A stretch of DNA of 64,000 nucleotides, taken from contig OZ037769.1 of the NCBI GenBank assembly GCA_964035545.1, positions 15,158,633-15,222,632 on the forward strand, read 5' to 3'. How positions within the stretch are numbered: the stretch's first letter is position 1; every line of letters begins with the position of its first letter. The DNA comes from Bugula neritina (Eukaryota > Animalia > Bryozoa). Below are positions 1 through 64,000 of this stretch, in pieces. The position numbers and the translations under genes are program-made. The notes below the pieces were generated by a model. It saw only the letters and a program-made list of their open reading frames with translations. It was not told the DNA's origin and made no database searches.

Positions 1-3000
1 ATCTAAGATCGCAGTCCTATTACTACTACCACTGATACTAGTACTACAACTAGTACTAGTACTGCTACTAGTACTAGTACTACTACTACTACTACTACTA
101 CTACTAATAGTACTGTTACTACTACTACTACTAGTACTACTACTAGGTCTACTACTGTACCAGTACAACTACAAACTTTGAAAATAACTGCAAGAAAGGT
201 ATGACTTACTCTTTTTCTTAGTCTTACTGTGACTCTCAGTCGTAATGTAAAATAAAATTGTGAACTGTAAAGTTAAACCCAAGGCTGAAATTTATTTAAT
301 TAAATTTAGACAATCTGAATCATTGGCTCAATCCTTGAGTTTGACTATTACTATTATTATTAGTGTTACGATTGTGATTATCATTGGCATTATGCCATTA
401 TGATTATCATTATGATTGTAATTGTGGTAATTCTAACATTAATTATAATCATAAATTAAAAGGTAATGATTAATGATAAGTATTTTCATTTTGTAATCAT
501 AATGATAATCATAATGATGTAAATTTTGATGTAAAACCAAAATACTAAAACTAAAAGTAAAAGTTATAAAATTAAATGATAAAATATTATAATGATAATT
601 ATTATATTATTATTGAATATATTATTTCATTAGAAAATAGGTTGCAGCTTAGCATGATTAAAATTCAGTAAAAATTAGTTTACCAACAGCAAACATGCAT
701 GCGTCTTGTCAACATTCAATTCGTAGTGTCATAGCGAAGCCAGATTACTGGTAGTACGACTACTAGAACTACTACTACTAGTGATGGATTACAGATCCTT
801 GGCGATTTTAGCTGTGAGTGACCTTCACCTCACATTATCGTCATGTGCGCGGCATTAGACTAAGTAGAGGGTATGAAGCACTGAGCTGGAAAAGAAAGAA
901 TATATTTTAATTATAGGTAATACTAATAGTAATATAATTTATGGTAATATATAGGTAATATTATTGAGTTCATTGGTATGGAGTATAGACCTATCACTGA
1001 TAGTATCAGTATCAACTACCACTTACGTACTACTTCAACTTATAACTTACCTTCAACTCAAACTGAAACTGCTTGGAATCATTTGTCTTTGATCATATTG
1101 GCATTGTGATTGTCATTGTGATTGTAATAACTATTAATATTTTTAGTTCAACATCAATGCCGAACATATTGTAATAACTAATAAGATAATCATAAGGTTG
1201 ATATATTTTGCTAATACTGATACTAATACTAATAGTTATAGTAATAGTTATAGTAATTCAGTGTCACTCTCACTCTGGTGGAGTGAGACTCAGACTTAGA
1301 GTTAGAGACAGAGTGAGTCCGAGTAAGTCTGAGTGTTGGTAATAGTAATAGTCATATAAATTTAAATTATATTTACTTATTTCTAGCAATCACAATGGCA
1401 ATAGTTATAGTAACTTTCACTTACTCTTAAATCATTGAACCTGAACTAAAAGTAAAATTAAGCATTATGATTATCATTATGATTATACCTATGATTTTAT
1501 TATGTTTAAATTAAAAATCAATATCATGATAATATCATAGTGATAGACATATTATTGATAAATGATAATATAAAAGTAATTTGATAAATTATACATTGAT
1601 TTTGAATTAAGGTGATACTGATACTAGACCGGTACTGAAAGTGATAGTAATACTAATGGTAATAGTAATAGTCATATAAATTTAAGTTATATTTACTCAT
1701 TACCGGCAATCACAATGGCAATAGTAACTTAAACTGTAACAGTAATGGTATGGGTATGTTTGAAATTGTCACTATCAGTATTGCTATGAATCAAAATATA
1801 ATGCTATCATACCAATAATTTAAAATAATATTACAAAGCTTCAGTAGCAACTTTTACTTGTACCAGTTTGGAATTTTGAATTATACATATTCTTAGTTGA
1901 AGTCTACAAGTTTATTGTCAAAATGAACTTGAAATTAAAGACTTAGTAGTAAAAATTAAACTAAGACTGACTGTAAGTGACTAAGATTAAAAATAAGTAA
2001 TTTTAAATATCGATTTAGTATTTTTCTTACTCTTTGTCTTAAAATTGACTTTTATTTTGCACCTACTCCTGGTCAATTATTCTTTTTTCTATTTATATTA
2101 CTATTGCTATTAGTATAATTGACTTAAATTTAATAATAGATATGATTATATCTTTATAAATGTGATATTTGATTTTATGAATAGTAATTCGAAAACTCTT
2201 TGGTATTATTTATTTTTGATCATTGTAGTTATTATCATTATATTTGTATAATAATTATGATTATCAAATTCAATATCGATATTTGTATTATGGTATGGAT
2301 ATCTGCCTCCATCCCATGTTCTGTTTTGCAGTGCCTTTTTACATTCACGTCTAGGTTCACATTGCGATGGTCATACTGATAGCACTTGGGGACAGTGATG
2401 AGCATAATGATTATCACTAATATTAAGATTATCGTTATTAGGATTTAGAATAATTTAATAAACAAGCAACTTAAAACAAATGTTTTTACTAATATACATA
2501 TTAATTACTAATATAAATATACTACTATGAATATTATGATTATTATACTTTACAATTCAAAGTAAGATAATCATAATACGAACTGGTAAAACTAAATATA
2601 AAGTAAATGTAATAATACTAATAGTAGTTATCCATTCCCCTTTGGTTTCACATACTAATAATTGGAAACCTCTGTCCTAATATTATTTTTATTAATACTG
2701 CTCAAAGTTTGATCCCTATTTAGTTTTATAGTTCACTCACCAGCTACATAATTTTATTAAAATACATGTGGTATTGGTTATAGTACTAGTGAAACTTGAA
2801 GTTGAATAGCATGCTTATTACTCACTGCTCTTTGCTTACATTATTAGGGTTACTCTTTAGTCTTAGAGATACCCTAACATAAACTTGAAAGCTGGAGGTA
2901 GTACTAGTCTAGTGCTGTGTTAATCCTACACTGTTGACTTATCAACACTGTGACTATAATTATGACTCCTAAGTCAAAGTCATTTTCATATAGTAGTAAT

Positions 3001-3800
3001 CACTATGACAGACTGAAAGTCAGGAAAACTAAATATAATGGTAAAGTGTGTAAGAATAAATCATACTTAATCAATTACTTTTAGTTTTGTTACCAGTGTT
3101 GGGTCAACTTTCAGAATAAAGAATAAATATAATTATAAAGATAAATGGATAAAAATTCCAATCATGGTTTAATGTGCCTATTTTAAGCTGTTAATTTAAT
3201 TACTATAATATAAGTGCTCAAAATACAACTTTTGATTTTCATAATTATGTTTTAATTTAATACAGATACCATAGTATCATATACAGTAGAATCAGTTGTA
3301 TCTTATTTAATAATGAAGTAACTTATTGGAGCTTTCACAGTTATTAATTATTTACTTGTTAGTCTTTGAACTGGGACAATGTTTGAAACTTGAAGTAGAA
3401 TGAAGTTTGATTTCAGTTACCGCAATGGTATCTGCAGTCACAATAGGAATACGCATATAACTATGTTTATATTTGTGAAAAATATATAGTCAAAACTAGA
3501 TAAGGTAATAGTAATTATAATTGGTTTCACTTTTAATATATTCCTATAAACTGGAAAATAGACAGAAGCATTTAATCATGAAAGTAAACCTAGTGGAAGT
3601 AAATCAATTCACTAAGTATAGTAAAATATTTACTATTCAGTAAGTTTATTTACTTTAGTTAATTGTACTTGATTATTTCTGTCGGTTTTTCAGTTGATTT
3701 TTCTACCTTTTTCTATAGCATATCAAACTACCACAAAGTCATGCTTCCGTATTACAATTATAAACATAGTGTTACTGTGTAATGTTATAGTAATGTAATA
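1..3800. repeat. Degenerate hexamer-periodic low-complexity domain (mirrored at about 16970-20380, continuing at 24882-26330 and about 29300-30060)
   Basis: Runs such as ACTCAA ACTGAA ACT, ATTGTG ATTGTC ATTGTG, AGTGAT AGTAAT ACTAAT; (ACT)n at 1-160; 67-bp direct repeat at about 1339 and 1659. Confidence 0.7.
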
Positions 3801-4706
3801 GTAATATTTGGATCATTGTAAGTATTTCTGTTGTTGTACTGATTGATAAATATTTTTTAGCTTGCATGGATATTTGCAACGATCAAGATGTTATTTGAAC
3901 CTGGACTGGAATAAAGATGGCAAATCGAGAAGCTAGCTACAATTATTCTGCAGAAAGAAACTTGGTAAGCAAAAATAAGCTGCAGCATTAAGCAGTAAGC
4001 AATATGACGATGAACTTTGCTTGGTTTTGATTGACCTTAAAATATCTGGTCACCTTTCACCAACGTGGTCCTGCGCGGGTGGCGGGTGACCTTAAAATGT
4101 CTGTTGCACGTAAAATAAATTTTGTGACAGTCAAAAGTATGCTGATCTTTTTCGTATTTCAGTGCATCGGTGTCTTAGCTTAAGAGCTGAACCCAACAAT
4201 TATGATCTAAAGCTGTTTTTTACTAGAAAGTGATTTTACTGTCTTTCTGATTATTCTTGGTTTTTCAGCTTGATGAATTGAATAAATGGATTTGATTTCG
4301 GGTATTATGTAATGGATGAAAGAAATTTTTCTTAAATTTGTACAGAGCAATTTTTGCTATTGCTATGATGTTTAGTGATGAAATTGCACCCTTAATAACC
4401 CTGAAAACTTTCATTACTAGCATTTGTTTATGTTTATTTTTAGGAAATTAAAATGAAGACACAACTCACCGATGCTATCTCACTGTGCCTGCATGCAGTT
4501 TATCTAAAAAGGTACTCCTATTAGCTGGCTCTTGCCCAATACCTGGTTGTCTCTGTAACTATTTTTTGCTCGCAGATGAGTTTTTTGAACTTGACATTTT
4601 ATTGATTTTGAAAGTTATAGTGAGCTTTGAACTTGCTAGCATCGTTTTTAAAGACTTGCTGCAGTTTTTATCAACATTTTTTAAGTCAATGGTGTTAGTT
4701 TGGAAG

Positions 4707-5008
4707 CTCTCTCACTCCTCTCTCTGTCTCTTTCTCCCACACCTTCCACTCAACCTCTCTCTCTTTCTCCCCCTCTCTCCCACCCTCCCTCTCTCCCACC
4801 CTCCCTCTCTCCCACCCTCTGTCTCTCCCACCTTCTCTCTCTCCCACTCTCCGTCTTTCCCACCTTCTCTCTCTCCTAACCTTTCTCTCTTCCCTTTTCC
4901 ACTATCTCTCTGACTCTCTCCCTTTCTCTCTTCTACCCCATCTCTCTTCCATCCTCTCTCCTAACCTTTCTCTCCCACCCCCTCTCTCCCACTCTCTTTC
5001 TCTCTCTA
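4707..5008. repeat. CT-rich polypyrimidine tract (GA-rich mirror at 15797-16068)
   Basis: CTCTCCCACC-type degenerate repeats; length differs between the two copies. Confidence 0.9.
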
Positions 5009-8000
5009 GTTTGCATGGCTTTACCCAATTTTGGTTTATTTTTTTATTTTGTTTCAGAGTATCCAAAAGGAAAGCTAAAATTTATTTAATATATATTATA
5101 CTAACTTGAACTTTACATATAATATCAAATAAATGCTGTGTTTTGTTAAAACAATGTTTGCAACTTTGTAGTATATTCAAATTCATAATTTATTTGTAGA
5201 GTCACACAACAAGACACTACTCTGACACACTCACAAGTTGCCAATGATCCAGCAGTATAGATGATTGTTTTCTCCACTGGCTATGCTGTCACGCTTTACT
5301 GTTGTGGTGTTTGAAACAAACCAATTGTTTGCCTACGCAGATTAGGGTGAGAAAAAAAGTGAGAAATGAAAGCTGTTTTTAATACCAACTACACTTAGTT
5401 TTTATTGAATGAAAAACAAAGTGAAATCATTAGTTATCCGTTAAATGACTAAATCATTGTTTATAAAGATGAAACACAAATAATCTTATAATATGCTAAT
5501 GAAATTTGGCTTTCAAATAGCTTTTTTCTGTATATTTGTTGAGGAAGTTTATCTTCAACAAAACTTCGTAGCTGTTGAATATGTGGAGAGTATTTTATAT
5601 TGCATAAATTTATAGAGTAAAAGGTTCTCATCAAACTTTTACAACTTAGCTCATCTACGGTTTAAAAGTGTGAGTCACCCTTCACACTAGAGTTTTATAA
5701 AGTTTTAATGAATGTGCAGTATTTTATAAAATATTGTGTGTCTCGTAAATTTAGCTATTTCTACCTTTTCAGTGAGATTGGGGTAAACACACCTCAAAAT
5801 TCACATCTGGTATCACATTGATTTATCGCAAGTCAAAGTACACCTACTAACTCTTCCTTCCTTAATACCTGCTTGCTTTTGCACTTCTACTCATTTCATA
5901 TACCTAACATTTCTCTTGCAGATGAATTACATCTTTTAAGTTGTAAAAGCCTTAAATAGCATGAAATTAATGAGGTTTAAACTGTGGCCACACTAACTAT
6001 TGATGCGTTTATTGATGGGTTAAATTACACGAAAATATTGTCTCTTTCTTTTTAGTTTCACCTAAAGTATTACATACTATTGATGGAGGCTTTGCTGAAG
6101 TTTTTGGGTGATGATTTGTCAATAATTTTCCAGAGAAGATGATGCCACGGTGGCTGGCATCATTATGCAGTTTCCAAATTTCTTTCGGCTTTGCTCTAGT
6201 GAAAATGTTGGAAAACAATCAACAAAAAGGTTTGTACCATAAACGAAGTTATTGTGTGCGTGTTGTCAAAGCATAAAGTGTGCTGGAAATTTTTGGGTTT
6301 CTGTTGAGATGCGTTTTTGCTTTTCCTGCATGAAAAAAGTTCCAGTTTCAGTTAATATCACTAGCGGAGTGCCCACCTATATTTTAAATCATATTGATGC
6401 ATAAGTTCTTTTTGTAATATTAAAAGTATAACTTGCTTAATTGCTATTCAATGCCCTTTGAAGTTTCAAACTGTAATTAATTAGTTGATTTGGCAGCATA
6501 GTATCGATGATTGATGAAGGCAGCCGATATAATTATAAGCATAAATATCTATATCTACATGAAGATGTCATTCCCAATGATTGTTATTCTGAAATCAGCT
6601 GATTAAGTTATCACAAACTAAACATTTTGACCAGCGGCTTGCAATGCAACTCGGTGAAATTTCAGACCTAGATAAATTGAATTTCTTACTGAAAATCGTG
6701 AAGGTATTAAAGTTTAAAGTGAAAGTTTAAAGGGTCATCTCTCTGCGAATTCTAATAGCATGGTGCCAATTAGACTTGAAAAAATTTCAAGGCACTACAA
6801 AGCACTAAGCCCATTCTTACAAGTAGTTTCAAAGTGCACTGGAATTTCAGTTTACTTGTCATTGTATAGAATCCTGATCTACACTATATAGCATTCACTA
6901 TTGCCTGCTTCTTCTAAGCATCTATAATGTATTAACTACAGTTTGCTTTGAGAAGTGAATTTCTACTTGGTTGTTTTTTCCTTATCGTTCCGTTGTTTGC
7001 CAGTAGTCTTAATTTAATGGATTTTCCCTTTTCAAAAGTGGTTGTGACAATCAAAACACATCATGCAGCCTGCAACTACACAATCAGTCAGTAATTTCAT
7101 CCATTAAAGTAGCTCTTCTGGTTACTCTTGCTCACCTAAAAGCCTGAGCCTCATTCAAATTGCAATTTTTTAAAGTTGTTAGTTTTTCATGCAGTCTTTC
7201 ATTTTTTTTTTGTTAGGCACAAAATTAGTATTCACTAGACCTAATCTTTCATCTGCATGTATGCCTATTGTTTGTTCATTAAAGAAAAACCTCTGCTGAA
7301 TATTGAACTAATAATGAAAATGAATTCCCTAAACTAAAAGTAGCAGTGTGATTTTGGTATTACAATTAGTTGTTAGCATAGAGTCAAGTTATTGACAGGA
7401 ATTTTCAAATTGAAATGAATGAATTTCATTGTAAGTCAGCAAGATTTAGTCTAAGTAAACATAGCATTACATCGTGTTTTATTTAGCATTTGCAGAAGGC
7501 AACATATATTTTAAGGATTATTGTAAACTTAAATGTAATTTTAAGTACTTTCCATGTTTGTTATTGTAGATGGTCTTGTTCTTTGGGATGGATGTGACAA
7601 CTCCTTGTGTCAAGCTTAACTGATTGACTACTGAATCCCAATCATATGTTTTGCCAAAAAATGTGAAAATGGAGTACATGTCTACTTTATTTGAGAAAAT
7701 ATTAAAAATACTTTTGAAACTTCATCTAGCCAAACAATACAACAGTTTCATTTCATTAAAAAATATCATTTGCACAAAAATGTATTATGTAATCGAACAA
7801 TTTCTAGAAAAAAAGTGCTTTCCTCCAGTTTTGCTAATGAACTACATTTTTCATTATATGCTTGTCTTTATAATTTTATTAATTGTTTTTTCTGGTGAGT
7901 CAATTAAAGTCAATTCAACCTAGAAAAGTCTGAATTTCAGACCTAATTTCAAGCTAGAATATTCACATTTTTAGGTCTGCGTTTGCAAACATTGTTGTGT

Positions 8001-8480
8001 TACTTTACTTTTTATATTTTTTGAAATAAATATCTTTTTAGCTTGTGCCTATTCATGATTAGAATAGTATAATAATATTTAACTTTTCTTCAATTTCAAT
8101 AGATGAAAATGTTGATCAGTTGGAGTATTCAGTTTAGCTGAATTTTACTTGCTTCTGCGAAAACAATCTTTTGGAGTTGTCTGCCCTCTCTTTAGGTAAT
8201 TTTTGACCTATGGTCAACGCAATAATTATAACTTTTTAAAGATGCTTGTGAACCTAACAATATAGCATAACTATCAAACCACATTATTCAATATCTGCAT
8301 AAAATTTAGCCGATAAGCTGCCACCCAATGAGCTTGAAAAGATATTAGAATTCTAGCTCAGTGCTGCCATCAATGTAGATATTTATAATGATATAAACCC
8401 AAAACTCATTATTGCATGAAATTATCTAACCATTCCTGACAAAGAATCGAGATAATAACTCCAAAGTTGGTCAGTTGAAA

Positions 8481-9286
8481 CCACAGCAATAATACTTTAA
8501 TCGTTATAATTGTCAGGTTTAATTTTATACCAAGCCCCAATAAGTACATATAACTATGACAACACAGCCTAAGCACCTCCAATGCAAGAAATTTAGTATT
8601 GTGGTGCTGCAAATCCTCCAGTTACAAATGAGTAGAGCTTTCATGATTATTGGTCTACCATAATGTTAATTTAGTTTTAAGGACTAGCATAAATGCTATT
8701 ATATGCGGGAGGTATTTGAAAAGCTTCCAACTCCATCTTCAACTACGGGCTATTATAATTATGCGGATAAACGAGATACTACACTCAGACTGCCCTGTTA
8801 TAGTACTATGATTGGCTACTGCAAAATTTTTGCCGATAGACAACATTTAATTATGATGTAATGTATCTCGGATTGGTACATAAGTGTTATGTCTGAGGAC
8901 GAGATACTGTGAAATTATGCCCTGCTATATCGACATAAGTTTTGCAGTAGCTAATCATAGTACTGTAATAGGGCAGTCTGAGTGTAGTATCCCGACTATC
9001 CGCATAATTGTAATAGCCCATAGTTGAAAATGGAGTTGGAAGCTGTTCAAATACCTCCCACACATAATAGCATTTATGCTAGTCCCTAAAACTAAATAAA
9101 CATTATGGTAGATCAATAATCATGAAAGCTCTACTCATTTGTAACTAGAGGATTTTTAGCACCCCGTTACTAATTTTTTTTGCAGTTGAGGTGCTTAGGC
9201 TGTGTAGTCATAGTTATATGTACTTATTGGGACTTTGTATAAAATTAAACTTGACAATTATTCGGATTAAAGTATTATTGCTGTGG
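8481..9286. repeat. Diverged about 350-bp inverted repeat (8481-8838 vs about 8927-9286) upstream of the promoter
   Basis: CCACAGCAATAATACTTTAATC... vs ...GATTAAAGTATTATTGCTGTGG; ORFs 8409-8612(-) and 9191-9415(+) share LRLC.HSYMYLLGL; no TSD found. Confidence 0.85.
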
Positions 9287-9436
9287 CATTCGAATTTATC
9301 TACAAGTCAAAGTTTGATGATAAAATCACTTTTGATAAAGCCAAGTCAAATATCATCTGGTCACATAAACCAGATTGACTGGACAGCAAAGGTTGTCTAT
9401 AACTCTTTCTGCTAGGAGAAAGTCTGTGCTCTACAG

Positions 9437-9467
9437 TATATAACGTTTACTTCTGATGCTACTCAGT
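9437..9467 (+). promoter_or_regulatory. Candidate core promoter (TATA box plus initiator) of the CLCA gene
   Basis: TATATAA at 9437-9443 and initiator-like TCAGT at 9463-9467 (A at 9465, 28 nt after the TATA start), about 40 nt before the ATG. Confidence 0.55.
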
Positions 9468-9507
9468 GATTAGAGCTTGCCCACAACCTCTGTCTTCAAC
9501 AGCTACC

Positions 9508-59712
<50,205 letters not shown>

Positions 59713-59935
59713 CTCATTACCATAAAGCACATTATTTTATGTGATGTTTAGGTATATTTAGTAAGCTTTTTTGCAAAGTTGCATTGAATTTGCTCAAAAT
59801 TAGGTTTTAAAGTTGTATTTAATGTTATTTTTATTGAAATAATATTGTCTTTTGGCTGCACGCTGAGCTTTTACTCAGTGTGGTTTAGCTACTATATTTA
59901 GTGTATTTGTGACTTTATATATAAGTGTGGCAGAA

Positions 59936-59941
59936 AATAAA
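59936..59941 (+). terminator. Candidate polyadenylation signal
   Basis: AATAAA about 225 nt after the stop codon. Confidence 0.4.
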
Positions 59942-60093
59942 CGCTCAGGACAATGTTGAGTTTTTCTACAGTGATTACAAAACATGAGAAGTTCCAGCTG
60001 CTCAAAAACTTAACCAAACAGTATTAGCACCTGCCACAATGCACTTCAGTTTTTCTGTAGTTTCTTAACAAGTTCATTATTAAATTACTGTTT

Positions 60094-60229
<136 letters not shown>

Positions 60230-61811
60230 ACTGACTCTAACTAGAATTGGAGTCCCCGCCACTTTAAAATAGAAAATAATAAAGAAATTATATAAAATAA
60301 TATAATCATGGCCATAAGCTCTTGTAACTAAGTAATGAATTATAAAACATAACGATGACCGAAACTTAATGGAAACTTTTGCAATAAACTCAAACCAGCC
60401 TAATTAAATATTATAAAACTTTGAAGTTGATGCCCAAGAGTTAGGTTATGCAATATAGTAATTTATTATCATGTATCAATAAAAGTAGAAAACTAGTTGA
60501 AAGCAACCTGTAACCTTGTTTTTCTGTATTCTTCTGTCACAACCATCATGTCAGAATGAACCACCGTGTCTGCTATATAAGTATCTAAGTTTAATTACAA
60601 AAAAACAGCAAAGTAGTTTTGAAAAACATTTCATGCCTAAAATAAATATTCACAACACACTTTTTTTGTTAATTAAAAATAAGAAAACATGCACATACTA
60701 GACTAATTATAGTTTCCAAATTCTTATGTAAGGGTTATCTGGTTCCTAATTTAAAACATGGTAAGTTAGTCAAAACAATAAAACGTAAGATGAACAAAAT
60801 TTGCGTATCTACAAAGTATATGAATATTAGATTTGCTTGCCACAAGATATTGTAATGGAACTTTCCATTCACAGATGTTTTTGAGTAAATTTTAAATTTG
60901 ACTAGCAGCTGATATACATGAGCTTTTACCTCATTGGATTTATAAAACAAGATTTGTAGATCAAATTTTTTTCCAACTTCAAACCAAGAAAATTGGAATA
61001 TTATTCCAAATAACTCACATTAGCTATTATTTCATGTTTAGCAATCAATGCAACAGTTTTATAGGTATGTATAGGTAGATTTCTATATATGGTACCAAAA
61101 CAAAAAGTAGTGTCTACTGGGAAGCATCTATCTGAAATGAACATGGACATTCTTCAATTTTTTTGGCTAATATTAGTGATAAGACAAATATCTATAATGC
61201 TATACAATATATTATAAAGAATATGCCTTGGGAAGAAAGTATAACTATAGTTTATCGTATTTGTAAGAGTTGTGAGGGATGCAGGCACATGGTGTTATAG
61301 GCAAACATGAGTCACAATAAAAGTAAATTTTTACTTATTCAATAGTTATGTGCTTTGTCACAGGTAACTCTCACTAATATATATGAAACTTTGCATAGAC
61401 AGGATTTAAATACCTACTCAATTTTATTCTAAGGAATTCGGATCTGCATCAAACTTGTCTGATCAAGTTCAGTTGCAAGCAGTCAACCACTTGGTACATA
61501 GGAATTTTCCAGGCTGCTTTCGCATTTAGAGCAAAATGTATAAATATTGCAGGTGAAAGGTGATCAAAATAAAAAATGCAGACACGACCAACATATACTC
61601 ATTACACCACTGTAGCAAAAGCAATCACATTTGCATCTCCACCCTCGGGCTACCTAGCCATTAGTATGTTTATGGGAAAAATCCATATGGTTTGCTAATT
61701 CATAAGGAAATAAATGCATTAACTAAAGCCGGAGGGCTCACAAATCAATATCAAATACTGCGGTTTTTTCTAAGCAAATTGATATTTTTTAAATATTTTC
61801 ACTAGCTCAAA

Positions 61812-61813
<2 letters not shown>

Positions 61814-61898
<85 letters not shown>
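61814..61898. repeat. (TA)n microsatellite
   Basis: Seen directly. Confidence 0.95.
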
Positions 61899-61902
<4 letters not shown>

Positions 61903-63606
61903 GATGTAGTGGTACCCATACGGTCCCATACGCCGTATGGCCTAGAAGAAAATAGATTGTTCTAGGCCATACGCCCGTATGGGCATAATATTTTTGAAAG
62001 ATGATTAGTGCACAGGATAGTTTGGGCATCCTCACTGAGAATATCATAAATTTCGCTCACAATCTAGTTTAAGTTCTTGTTATGTTGATGCTATGTGGGT
62101 GGTATGCGTGTTGCCTACTTGTGATTGTTTAGCCTGAGATTACACTATGAATAGTAAGCAGTCATCAACATTCCATCTTCTCATCTCTACGTGTTCACTG
62201 AAGCGCGAAGTGCTGTGCATTGGTGATTGCTAAGGGAAAAATATTTCATTTCAGTGTGTAAATCACTAATTTGTAGAAAATCTATGAAGGCTATTGAAAG
62301 GATCAAAAAATTTGCTATGCATAAATTTATCAGGTTTCCGACAGTGTTTGTTCTATTCCAATACCATACTTTCCTGCTGAGATATTTGGCAGATTTTGAA
62401 AAATAAACTTTTAAGATAAAATTGGCTAAAATGGGTAGTTTTTTGTCTATAACTTTGCAAAAAAAGTATTGAAAACTCGAAAAAGCAGGTGCTCTGAGGA
62501 ACAGGAAGATCTACAACATGGTTTTTAAATTTTTATTCTAGCACAATTAGGCAGTGACAGCTAGAAGGTTGCCCTTATCTATCTTGTGTGGACTTGTATT
62601 TTGTCAATAAGCAATGGAATTTAAAAAAACCAACATGAAATCCAGAAATAAAATCAAAATGTCTTCAAGAAACAGTACCAGTTGTGTAGGAGAGGTTAAC
62701 GGTCTACAGGTACTATGTCCACATTTTGCTCAAAAACCTAGCGTTATTGCATGTTAATTATCAATGCAATGAGGTTTTGCAAACTGTACGCCACCATAAG
62801 TAACCGTTTATGTTTGATTGTACTAACTAACATTTGGCTTTATATTTAATCATCTTCTAGGTTAACACATATTAAACCTGTCAAATTTTTTCATTTGGGG
62901 TATGTTTCCTTGATGTGTCTAGTGAAAGTTCAGGGGTTTTACTTTAAAACCAAGCTAACATACTCTTCTTGGGTGTGCTTTATTGTGTGTTAGAAGGCGT
63001 GGTGGTATCTCCTTATGGTTTAGACTAATACTCTAATAAACTCCAATTAGGTTTTTAACCAATTTCTGCTTGCCAATGAGTTATCAATTCAAATTGCTCT
63101 TTATAAATAACAAACACACATTTTCTGACTTGCAATCTGCCTCTCTTCTGATCTAGTATTCTTTTTCTGGGCACGTCAGTCTATTAGTTAATAATAAAAT
63201 AATCAGGTTGCAATTGGAGAGCACTTGTTACCTTCCTCTATCCTTCCATCTTTTTGAGATCTTCAGCAATTTTTCTGTACAGGCTGGACTTGGTGCATGT
63301 CAGAACAAACCTAACTGCAGTTGAGTAAGACTACATTTAAAATTACAGTCAACAAGTATGGGACAATACTGAATATTTATATAGTTTGCAGCAATGCCCA
63401 GTCGTCATGTATAAGCTGGTATGGTATGAAAATAACAGTGAGGTGCACATTTCAACACAGATTTTTTCAGAAGAATTAGAATTCACAATGGCTTTAAATT
63501 GCATAAATTTGCATCAGAAGAGCCCTGAGGGCTTCGGTGGCCGGGGCGCTGCCCGGACCCCCGGCCTGAGAGTATGGCCTAGAATATTTTTGCCACTACA
63601 TCCCTG
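61899..63606. mobile_element. Non-autonomous hAT-like element inserted in (TA)n
   Basis: TIRs CAGAGATGTAGTGG / CCACTACATCCCTG; TATATATA on both sides; subterminal CCATACG/GTATGGCCTAGAA repeats. Confidence 0.8.
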
Positions 63607-63768
63607 TATATATATATACACACACACACACACGCACGCACACACGCACACACGCACACACGCACACACGCACACACGCACACACGCACACACGCACACA
63701 CGCACACACGCACACACGCACACACGCACACACGCACACACGCATACATACATACGCATATATACATA

Positions 63769-63823
<55 letters not shown>

Positions 63824-63842
63824 GTATGTATATATATATGCG

Positions 63843-63911
<69 letters not shown>

Positions 63912-63930
63912 GTATGTATATATATATGCG

Positions 63931-64000
<70 letters not shown>
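63607..64000. repeat. Compound (TA)n/(CA)n/(CGCACACA)n microsatellite
   Basis: Seen directly. Confidence 0.95.

Larger units (their letters stand above)
1..8924 (-). mobile_element. Copy A of the same giant element (inverted, truncated by the window edge); left arm of a giant inverted repeat
   Basis: Reverse complement of 11851-25303 excluding the LTR insertion: 8924 pairs with 11851 and 1 pairs with 25303. ORF pairs 8409-8612/12163-12366 are identical and 7624-7923/12883-13182 differ at 2 aa. Confidence 0.9.

Noticed and set aside
4485-4913. 142-aa ORF and its mirror at 15928-16290
   Set aside because: Non-ATG start, runs into the CT tract, no recognisable domain; duplicated only because of the inverted copy

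Overview
AT-rich, intron-rich animal (probably invertebrate) genomic DNA. One host gene spans most of the window: a 21-exon CLCA-family gene on the + strand (ATG 9508, stop 59712, about 1070 aa). I joined the exons by hand with consistent GT-AG phases: signal peptide, CLCA N-terminal hydrolase/Cys-rich domain, vWA, FnIII, Thr-rich stalk, TM helix and short tail. The zinc motif is degenerate (HExxH to KExxH), and an RAKR furin-type site lies in the segment where CLCAs normally self-cleave. Intron 1 (31.8 kb) appears to be filled by one giant DNA-transposon-like unit at 11851-41192. It has an 8-bp target duplication AATTATTT, imperfect 38-bp CAG...CTG inverted ends and a shared subterminal ACGAGATAC motif. 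A near-identical second copy lies in inverted orientation at 1-8924 and runs off the left edge, so the promoter and exon 1 sit in the 2.9-kb spacer of a giant inverted repeat. The unit carries a multi-kb degenerate hexamer-periodic domain, a decayed R4/Dong-type LINE and two young Ty3/gypsy elements: an intact Mag-like one and a Gmr1-like one lacking RT/RNase H. Other introns and the 3' flank hold several non-autonomous DNA transposons and (TA)n/(CA)n microsatellites. All alignments were done by eye and no database searches were run.
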